From an uncultured Pseudomonadota bacterium (GTDB lineage: Bacteria; Pseudomonadota; Alphaproteobacteria; JACZXZ01), in the NCBI GenBank assembly GCA_963749075.1, contig CAVVLJ010000017.1, forward strand, positions 352,001-416,000: a stretch of 64,000 nt of DNA, given 5' to 3'. Shown in pieces: positions 57,238-64,000 of this stretch; position 1 is the stretch's first letter; each line of letters starts with the position of its first letter. A program made the position numbers and the translations under genes. The notes under the pieces are model-generated. The model was not told where the DNA came from. It worked only from the letters and a program-made list of their open reading frames with translations, and ran no database searches.

Positions 57238-58052
57238 ATTTGGACCAGGAGGCCCGTGCCGCCCTCGTCGACGCGGTGGTGCGCATCGCCGCGGAGGCCG
57301 GCGAGCGCATCATCGAGATCTATTGCGCCGGCTGCCCGGTCGAGGAGAAGGCGGACGCGAGCCCGGTGACCGCGGCGGACCGCGAGGCGGAGGCGCTCAT
57401 TCTCGCGCGTCTCGCAGCACTCACGCCCGACATTCCGGCCGCCTCCGAGGAGGCCATGTCCGCCGGCGCCAAGTGCCCGGCGGCGGAGCGCTTCTGGCTC
57501 GTCGACCCGCTCGACGGCACCAAGGAGTTCGTCAACCGCATCGGCGAATTCACCGTGAACATCGCGCTCGTCGAGGCGGCAGTGCCGGTGCTGGGCGTCG
57601 TGCATCTGCCGGTCTCGGGCGAGAGCTACGCGGGCGCCGGCCCCGGCACGGCGACGAAACGCGGCAAGACGGGGAAGGCGCTCCCGATCGCGGCGCGCAC
57701 ACCTGCAGCGGACGGCCTCGTCATGCTGACGAGCCGCTTCCATCGCGACGATGCGAAGCTGGCACCCTTCCTCGCAGGCTACCTCGCCCGCCGCGGCGAG
57801 GCGATCAAGGAGCAGAGGGCCGCCGGCAGCGCCAGCAAGTTCTGCCTGATTGCCGCGGGCGAGGCCGATTTCTATCCGCGCCTGGGGACCACCATGGAAT
57901 GGGATACCGCCGCGGGCCATGCGCTCCTCCTGGCGGCCGGCGGCCGTCTCGAGGGCCTGGACGGCGCTCCCTTGCGCTACGGCAAGCCGGACTTCCGCAA
58001 TGCCGGCTTCGTCGCGCGCGGCAAGTTGCCGCGGCGCCGGCCTGGGTCTTGA
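57225..58052 (+). CDS. cysQ: 3'(2'),5'-bisphosphate nucleotidase CysQ
   Basis: KADASPVTAAD, SEE, FWLVDPLDGTKEF, EFTVNIALV, TMEWDTAAG, LRYGK. Confidence 0.93.
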   Translation: MGRLNLDQEARAALVDAVVRIAAEAGERIIEIYCAGCPVEEKADASPVTAADREAEALILARLAALTPDIPAASEEAMSAGAKCPAAERFWLVDPLDGTKEFVNRIGEFTVNIALVEAAVPVLGVVHLPVSGESYAGAGPGTATKRGKTGKALPIAARTPAADGLVMLTSRFHRDDAKLAPFLAGYLARRGEAIKEQRAAGSASKFCLIAAGEADFYPRLGTTMEWDTAAGHALLLAAGGRLEGLDGAPLRYGKPDFRNAGFVARGKLPRRRPGS

Positions 58053-58079
58053 TTTTCTCGCCGCGCGTCCACATGTCCA

Positions 58080-58250
58080 ATGATGTACTGAGGCTACGCG
58101 TAAAGTAGTCGACAGGACGAACGGCCGGTCGAGGCCGGCCGTGAAAGTGCCGCCGCAATACCCTTGCGGCGACCGCGATGCGGTCATTACCGCGGATGGC
58201 CGGCATCAGCGAGAAAACGGAAAGAGCCGTCCCTAGCCGACGGCTCTTTC
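58080..58250 (+). ncRNA. Candidate small RNA
   Basis: Promoter-like CTTGAT..CCACAT (58048-58074), several hairpins, closing 12-bp stem at 58220-58250; no credible ORF. Confidence 0.35.
58220..58250. terminator. Intrinsic terminator-like hairpin
   Basis: GAAAGAGCCGTC-N7-GACGGCTCTTTC. Confidence 0.65.
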
Positions 58251-58368
58251 ATTAGGAGAGGCCGGCATTCGCAGAGGCGGGCGGGCGGCGGGTGCTGCGT
58301 TGACGGAGTGCGGCGGGACGCTTAGCGTGCGCCGCGATCGCGCCAACCGCCCGAGGCCCCGCCGCAGC

Positions 58369-59352
58369 ATGGCTCAACCCGCAATCCGCGCGCCCGACGA
58401 GGACGCCATCGCCGAGGCCGTGCGTCTCCTAAGCACGGGCCGGCTCGTGGCGTTTCCGACCGAGACGGTCTACGGCCTCGGCGCCGATGCGGGCTGCGAC
58501 CGCGCCGTGGCGGCGATCTTCGCCGCCAAGGGCCGGCCGCGCTTCAATCCCCTCATCGTGCACTGGTCCGATGCGGCGGCGGCGACGAGCGCCGTGACGT
58601 TCGATGCCCGCGCACGCACGCTCGCAGAGCGCTTCTGGCCCGGACCGCTCAGCCTCGTGCTGCCGCGGCGGAGCGGTGCTGCGATCTCGCTCCTGTGCAG
58701 CGCCGGGCTCGATACCCTTGCCGTGCGCGTGCCGGCCCAGGAGACGGCACAAGCCCTTCTGCGGGCGTTCGCGGGTCCGATCGCGGCGCCGAGCGCCAAC
58801 CGCTCGGGCGCCGTGAGCCCGACGACCGCGGCCCATGTGGCGGACTCGCTCGGCGGCCGCGTCGCCCTCATCCTCGACGGCGGCGCTTGTCCGGTCGGTC
58901 TCGAATCGACGGTGGTCGATCTCTCGACGCCGGAGGCGAGGCTGCTGCGCCCAGGCGGCGTCACGCTCGAGGCGCTCGAGGCCGCCATCGGGCCGCTCGC
59001 GCGCGGCGCCGATGCGGCGGCGCGGCGGCGCTCGCCCGGCCAGCTCGCCAGCCACTACGCGCCGCGCGCCCCGCTCCGCCTCGAGGTCCGCGGCGAGGTG
59101 CGAGAGGGCGAGGCTCTCCTCGCCTTCGGGCCCGCGCCGCCCGCGGGCTACTCGGCGAGCCTCAACCTCTCGCCCACGGGCGACCTTGCCGAAGCCGCGG
59201 CCAACCTCTTCGCCATGCTGCGCGCGCTCGACGCCGCAGGCCCAAGTGCTATCGCCGTGATGCCGGTGCCCGAGCGCGGCCTCGGACGCGCCATCAACGA
59301 CCGCCTGCGCCGCGCCGCCGCACCACGGCCGCAGAGAAAGCGGGATGCCTGA
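58369..59352 (+). CDS. sua5: L-threonylcarbamoyladenylate synthase (Sua5)
   Basis: VAFPTETVYGLGA, AKGRP.FNPLIVH, FWPGPL, AAPSANRSG, SPGQLASHYAP, AINDRLRRAA. Confidence 0.95.
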   Translation: MAQPAIRAPDEDAIAEAVRLLSTGRLVAFPTETVYGLGADAGCDRAVAAIFAAKGRPRFNPLIVHWSDAAAATSAVTFDARARTLAERFWPGPLSLVLPRRSGAAISLLCSAGLDTLAVRVPAQETAQALLRAFAGPIAAPSANRSGAVSPTTAAHVADSLGGRVALILDGGACPVGLESTVVDLSTPEARLLRPGGVTLEALEAAIGPLARGADAAARRRSPGQLASHYAPRAPLRLEVRGEVREGEALLAFGPAPPAGYSASLNLSPTGDLAEAAANLFAMLRALDAAGPSAIAVMPVPERGLGRAINDRLRRAAAPRPQRKRDA

Positions 59353-59439
59353 GCGCACGCCCGCCCCGGTTCCCTCGCGGCGTTCCGCGGCGTAAGCTAA
59401 TCCCCTCGCGCAACCGACCAAGCCCTCGGGAGTGCCATC

Positions 59440-60870
59440 GTGACTGCGCTTGCCCAACTGCTCTCGCCAGACGCGCTTTCCGAGATCAAGGCGGTGCTCG
59501 GCCCCAGGGGCTGGATCGACGATGCGTCGGAGATGGAGCGCTACCTGGTCGACGAGCGGCGGCTCTACCGCGGCCGCGCGCCGCTCGTGCTGAGGCCGGC
59601 CTCGACGGCCGAGGTCGCCGCGGTGATGCGCATCTGCCACCGCCGCCGCATCCCGGTCGTTCCCCAGGGCGGCAACACGGGCATGGTGGGGGGCGCCGTT
59701 CCCCACGAGCACGGCGGCGAGCTCGTGCTCTCGCTTGCCCGCCTCAACCGCATCCGCGCCATCGACCCGCTCAATTACACCATGACGGTCGAGGCGGGCT
59801 GCATCCTCGCCAATCTGCAGAAGGCGGCCGAGGAGGCCGACAGGCTCTTCCCCTTGAGCCTCGGCGCCGAGGGGAGCTGCATGATCGGCGGCAACCTGTC
59901 GTGCAACGCGGGCGGCGTCGCCGTCTTGCGCTACGGCAACGCGCGCGAGCTCACGCTCGGCCTCGAGGTGGTGCTGCCCGACGGCGGCGTGCTCGACGGG
60001 CTCACCGCGCTGCGCAAGGACAATACGGGCTACGATCTGAAGCAGCTCTTCATCGGCGCCGAGGGCACCCTCGGCATCATTACGGCGGCGGTGCTCAAGC
60101 TCTTTCCCCGCCCGCGCGAGGCGGTGACGGCCCTGGTGGCGGTGCCCGAGTTGCAGGCGGCGGTCGAGCTACTGGCGCACGCGCGCGCGAGCTCGGGCGA
60201 CCAGCTCTCCGCCTTCGAGCTCATGCCGCGGCTGGGCTTCGAGCTCGACATGGCCTATCTGCCGGGCATCGTCGATCCGCTCCAGCGGCCTTACGAGCAC
60301 TACGTGCTGCTGGAGTTCACCTCGGCCGACGCCGCGGCCGAGCTGGGTCCGCGCATCGAGAGCGCCCTCGCCGAGGCCATCCAGAAGGGCCTCGTGCTCG
60401 ACGCCACCATCGCCGCCAACACGGCACAGGCGAAGGCGCTGTGGCGCCTGCGCGAGGGCATCCCCGAGGCGCAGCAGGCGCACGGCGGCGGCATCAAGCA
60501 CGACGTCTCGGTGCCGGTCTCGCGCGTGGCCGATTTCATCGCCGAGGCAACGGCCGCCTGTCTTGCCCATGAGCCGGCGGTGCGCGTGCTCGCCTTCGGC
60601 CACGTCGGCGACGGCAACGTGCATTTCAACCTCTGCCGGCCGCACGGCGCCGATGCCAAGGCCTTCGAGGCGCGTCACGAGGAGTTCAACCGCATCGTCC
60701 ACGACATCGTGGCGCGCATGGGCGGCAGCATCAGCGCCGAGCACGGCATCGGCCGCCTCAAGCGCGCGGAGCTCGCGCGTTATGCGCCGGCACTCGAGCT
60801 CGAGCTCATGCGCAAGGTGAAGGCGGCCTTCGATCCCCACGGCATCATGAATCCGGGCAAGGTCCTCTGA
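59440..60870 (+). CDS. FAD-binding oxidoreductase (D-2-hydroxyacid dehydrogenase-like)
   Basis: VPQGGNTG, LRKDNTGYDLKQLFIGAEGTLGII, FGHVGDGNVH, GSISAEHGIG, MNPGK. Confidence 0.93.
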   Translation: MTALAQLLSPDALSEIKAVLGPRGWIDDASEMERYLVDERRLYRGRAPLVLRPASTAEVAAVMRICHRRRIPVVPQGGNTGMVGGAVPHEHGGELVLSLARLNRIRAIDPLNYTMTVEAGCILANLQKAAEEADRLFPLSLGAEGSCMIGGNLSCNAGGVAVLRYGNARELTLGLEVVLPDGGVLDGLTALRKDNTGYDLKQLFIGAEGTLGIITAAVLKLFPRPREAVTALVAVPELQAAVELLAHARASSGDQLSAFELMPRLGFELDMAYLPGIVDPLQRPYEHYVLLEFTSADAAAELGPRIESALAEAIQKGLVLDATIAANTAQAKALWRLREGIPEAQQAHGGGIKHDVSVPVSRVADFIAEATAACLAHEPAVRVLAFGHVGDGNVHFNLCRPHGADAKAFEARHEEFNRIVHDIVARMGGSISAEHGIGRLKRAELARYAPALELELMRKVKAAFDPHGIMNPGKVL

Positions 60871-60891
60871 CGGCCGCTTCGGGAGGAAGCC

Positions 60892-62676
60892 ATGTACACA
60901 GCCCCTTTGAGCGAGATGCGCTTCGCCCTCGATCTTGCGGGTCTCGCCGAGGTCGCCCGCCTGCCCGGTGCTGCGGACGCCGCACCCGACCTCGTCGACG
61001 CCATCCTCGAGGAGGCCGGCAAGCTCGCCTCCGAGGTGCTCGCACCCCTCAACCAGCCGGGCGACAGGGAGAGCTCGCGCCTGGAGAACGGCGTGGTCTA
61101 TACGCCCAAGGGCTTCAAGGAGGCCTATCGCACCTTCGTCGAGGGCGGCTGGAACAGCGTGCCCTTCGCACCCGAGCACGGCGGCCAGGGCCTCCCCACC
61201 CTCCTCCACATGGCGCTCAGCGAGATGTGGAACTCGGCGAACATGTCCTTCGCCCTCTGCCCGCTGCTCAATTTCGGTGCCGTCGAGGCGATCGATGCCC
61301 ACGGCTCGCCCGCGCAGAAGGCGCTCTACCTGCCCAAGATGATCGCGGGGGAGTGGACGGGCACCATGAACCTGACCGAGCCGCAGGCGGGCTCGGACCT
61401 GAGCCTCGTGAAGACGCGCGCGGTGCGCGACGGCGCGCAATACCGCATCACCGGCCAGAAGATCTTCATCACCTACGGCGACCACGATCTGACCGAGAAC
61501 ATCATCCACCTCGTGCTGGCGCGGCTGCCCGATGCACCGGCGGGGACGCACGGCATCTCCCTCTTCATCGTGCCCAAGCTCCTGGTGAAGGCGGACGGCG
61601 CGCTCGACGGGCGCAACGACCTGCGCTGCGTCTCGCTCGAGCACAAGCTCGGCATCCGCGCGAGCCCCACCGCGGTCATGGCCTATGGCGACGGCGGCGG
61701 GGCGGTCGGCTACCTCGTGGGCGAGGAGAACCGCGGCCTCCACTACATGTTCACCATGATGAACCACGCGCGGCTCGCCGTCGGGCTCGAGGGCGTCGCC
61801 ATTGCCGAGCGCGCCTACCAGCAGGCACGCGACTACGCCAAGAGCCGCGTGCAGAGCCGCGACATCGCGGGAACCGACGAGCGGCCGGTCACCATCATCC
61901 ACCACCCGGACGTCCGCCGCATGCTGCTTGAGATGCGCGCCGGCACCGAGGCCATGCGCGCGCTCAATTACTACGCTGCGGCGTTGCTCGACGTGGCCAA
62001 GCGCCACCCCGACGCCGCCGAGCGGAGCCGCGCCGAGGAGCTCGTCGATCTCCTCATCCCGGTGTGCAAGGCGTGGTCGACCGACCTCGGCGTCGAGCTC
62101 GCCTCGCTCGGCATCCAGGTGCACGGCGGCATGGGCTACATCGAGGAGACGGGTGCCGCCCAGCATTACCGCGACGCGCGCATAGCACCCATCTACGAGG
62201 GCACCAACGGCATCCAGGCGAACGACCTCATGGGCCGCAAGCTCGGCCGCGACGGCGGTGCGGCGGCGCGCCGCTTCATCGCCAAGATGCGCGAGAGCGA
62301 GGCAGGGCTCGCCGCGGCAAAGGGCGACGAGCTCGCGGCGCTGCGTAGGCCGTTGCGCGAGGGCCTCGATGCCCTCGCCGCCGCCACTGACTGGATGGTC
62401 GCGACCATGGCCAAGGACATCCGCCGCGCCGCCGCGGGTGCCGCGGAATATCTCGACCTCTTCGGCACCGTGGTGGGCGGCTGGCTCATGGCGCGCGCGG
62501 CACTCGAGGCGGCGAGGCACCTTGCCAAAGGCGAGGGCGACGCCGCCTTCCACAAGGCCAAGCTCGTCTCGGCGCGCTTCTACGCCGACTGCCGGCTGGC
62601 GCGGGCACCCGCCTCGCTCGCTCCCATCATGCGCGCGGGCGACAGCGTGCTGGCGCTCGACGAAGAGCAGTTCTAG
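60892..62676 (+). CDS. Acyl-CoA dehydrogenase
   Basis: GTMNLTEPQAGSDL, KIFITYGDHD, EHKLGIRASPT, IQVHGGMGYIEE, IYEGTNGIQA. Confidence 0.95.
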   Translation: MYTAPLSEMRFALDLAGLAEVARLPGAADAAPDLVDAILEEAGKLASEVLAPLNQPGDRESSRLENGVVYTPKGFKEAYRTFVEGGWNSVPFAPEHGGQGLPTLLHMALSEMWNSANMSFALCPLLNFGAVEAIDAHGSPAQKALYLPKMIAGEWTGTMNLTEPQAGSDLSLVKTRAVRDGAQYRITGQKIFITYGDHDLTENIIHLVLARLPDAPAGTHGISLFIVPKLLVKADGALDGRNDLRCVSLEHKLGIRASPTAVMAYGDGGGAVGYLVGEENRGLHYMFTMMNHARLAVGLEGVAIAERAYQQARDYAKSRVQSRDIAGTDERPVTIIHHPDVRRMLLEMRAGTEAMRALNYYAAALLDVAKRHPDAAERSRAEELVDLLIPVCKAWSTDLGVELASLGIQVHGGMGYIEETGAAQHYRDARIAPIYEGTNGIQANDLMGRKLGRDGGAAARRFIAKMRESEAGLAAAKGDELAALRRPLREGLDALAAATDWMVATMAKDIRRAAAGAAEYLDLFGTVVGGWLMARAALEAARHLAKGEGDAAFHKAKLVSARFYADCRLARAPASLAPIMRAGDSVLALDEEQF

Positions 62677-62728
62677 GCGCCAGGCCCGCAAGAGGCGCCC
62701 GACTGCAGGCGGAGGGGAGCGGGAGACG

Positions 62729-63517
62729 ATGAGCGAGACGATCGTGAGCGGCATCAAGCCGGGGCTGCGCGTGCTGGTGACGGCGGCGGCGGCCGGCATC
62801 GGGCGCAGCATCGCCGACGCCTTCATCGCCCATGGCGCGCGGGTCTATGTCTCGGACGTGGACGAGGCGGCGCTCTCCCGCTATCTCGCAGGCGCGCCCG
62901 CGGCACTCGGCATGCTCTCGGACGTGGCGGACGAGGCGGCCGTCGACCGCATGTTCGACGATCTCGCGGCACGGCTCGGCGGCCTCGACCTCCTCGTCAA
63001 CAATGCCGGCATCGCGGGCCCCACGGCCGCGGTCGAGGACATCGACCCCGCCGAGTGGCGGCGCACCGTCAACGTGAACCTGACCGGGCACTTCTACTGC
63101 ACGCGCCGCGCCGTTCCCCTCCTCAAGAACGCCGCGGAGGGCGCCATCATCAACATCTCGTCGGTGGCGGGGCGGCTCGGTTACGCCCATCGCCTGCCCT
63201 ATGCCGCGACCAAATGGGCGATCGTCGGCATGACGCAGTCCCTCGCCAAGGAGCTCGGGCCCGCCGGCATCCGGGTCAACGCCATTCTCCCCGGCGTGGT
63301 GGCCGGCCCGCGCATCGAGCGCGTCTTCGCGGCACGGGCCAAATTGACCGGGATGAGCATCGCGGAGGCGCGCGCGGAAAGCCTCGGCAAGGTCTCGCTC
63401 CGCCGCACGGTGTCGCCCGAGGACGTGGCCAACATGGCGCTCTTCCTCGCCTCGCCCGCCGGACGCAACATCTCGGGGCAGGCGCTCAGCGTCTGCGGCA
63501 ACGTCGAGACCCTCTGA
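62729..63517 (+). CDS. SDR-family oxidoreductase
   Basis: VTAAAAGIG, NNAGIAGP, NISS, YAATK. Confidence 0.93.
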   Translation: MSETIVSGIKPGLRVLVTAAAAGIGRSIADAFIAHGARVYVSDVDEAALSRYLAGAPAALGMLSDVADEAAVDRMFDDLAARLGGLDLLVNNAGIAGPTAAVEDIDPAEWRRTVNVNLTGHFYCTRRAVPLLKNAAEGAIINISSVAGRLGYAHRLPYAATKWAIVGMTQSLAKELGPAGIRVNAILPGVVAGPRIERVFAARAKLTGMSIAEARAESLGKVSLRRTVSPEDVANMALFLASPAGRNISGQALSVCGNVETL

Positions 63518-63627
63518 GCATCCGCCCGCCGCGCGGCCTCACGCGCATGTGACCGCGGTCATAGCGCCGCCCGCCCCCAGCCTTAAGATCACCCCCGCAC
63601 AGAGGCGCCCATTCTGTGTATCGACTT

Positions 63628-63666
63628 GGGGCGGGGGTTGCGCAAGCGGCACCCGCCCCCTTTTTT
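63628..63666 (+). terminator. Rho-independent terminator
   Basis: GGGGCGGG...CCCGCCCC stem followed by a T6 run. Confidence 0.7.
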
Positions 63667-63680
63667 GCTCTCGGCGGATG

Positions 63681-63890
63681 CTGGGGCTGCACACATCTCG
63701 AGGAGACTTGCAGCGCCGCCGTGGGTCCTTCGAGACGCGCCCCTTCGGGGCGCTCCTCAGGATGAGGCGAATTTGTGTATGGCAGATAGAGTTAACCTCG
63801 TCCTGAGGAGCGAGCGGAGCGAGCGTCTCGAAGGACCCACCGCAGCCGGTCCGAGGCCCCTTTGCACAGCGCAACACCACGATTTGCCGA
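63681..63890. mobile_element. Degenerate/truncated MITE, copy 3
   Basis: Same internal sequence (cacacatctcgagg...gtccttcgagacgcgccccttcgggg...gatttgccga); left TIR decayed, right TIR absent. Confidence 0.85.
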
Positions 63891-63939
63891 TGCCGGGACT
63901 CGGACTAAATATTGTGTTCATCATATTTTATTGTCTGTG

Positions 63940-63957
63940 ATATGATTATCATCATAT
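63940..63957. promoter_or_regulatory. Inverted-repeat operator candidate
   Basis: ATATGAT-TATC-ATCATAT in an AT-rich patch before an AGGAG RBS and ATG at 63972 (gene runs off the window). Confidence 0.5.
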
Positions 63958-64000
63958 TTATAGGAGCGGCGATGCCGAAGAGCCTGCAGCGCAAGGAGGA

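Noticed and set aside
1-64000. CRISPR array or cas genes
   Set aside because: No regularly spaced direct repeats with unique spacers; the repeats seen are MITE/REP elements and operator motifs

Overview
GC-rich bacterial DNA, most likely Alphaproteobacteria (ALAS-type hemA, RpoH paralog, alphaproteobacterial REP motifs). From left to right: (1) tRNA-Val(CAC) with an IS256-like scrap and accessory genes (Tat-signal aldo/keto reductase, P-type H+-ATPase, nfeD-slipin behind an FNR/FixK-like box). (2) A GntR-linked catabolic operon with an ABC importer, opine dehydrogenase, LLM, two non-canonical M24 hydrolases, an enolase-family enzyme and a 2OG oxygenase. (3) The strongest candidate for an undescribed system: a ~22-kb periplasmic redox/sulfur locus of three operons. 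These are cupredoxin-metallophosphoesterase-SoxA/TsdA-like monoheme cytochrome-hemA-SCO; an atypical cbb3-type oxidase with maturation genes; and variant soxYZ-cytochrome c-fccB. All three carry the same ~30-bp upstream motif and sit next to a wHTH-STAND ATPase regulator. (4) A compact lambdoid-like switch (XRE repressor, six 17-bp operators, DUF6456/GafZ-like gene) with no phage structural genes. (5) Mostly housekeeping genes (glpK, sarcosine oxidase, RpoH-like sigma factor, AmmeMemoRadiSam trio, cysQ, sua5, dehydrogenases). A 241-bp MITE with 10-bp target duplications occurs twice inside REP hairpins, plus a degenerate third copy. Both visible frameshifts fall in the same GACGT(T)C context. 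All family calls come from motif recognition by eye; no database searches were run.
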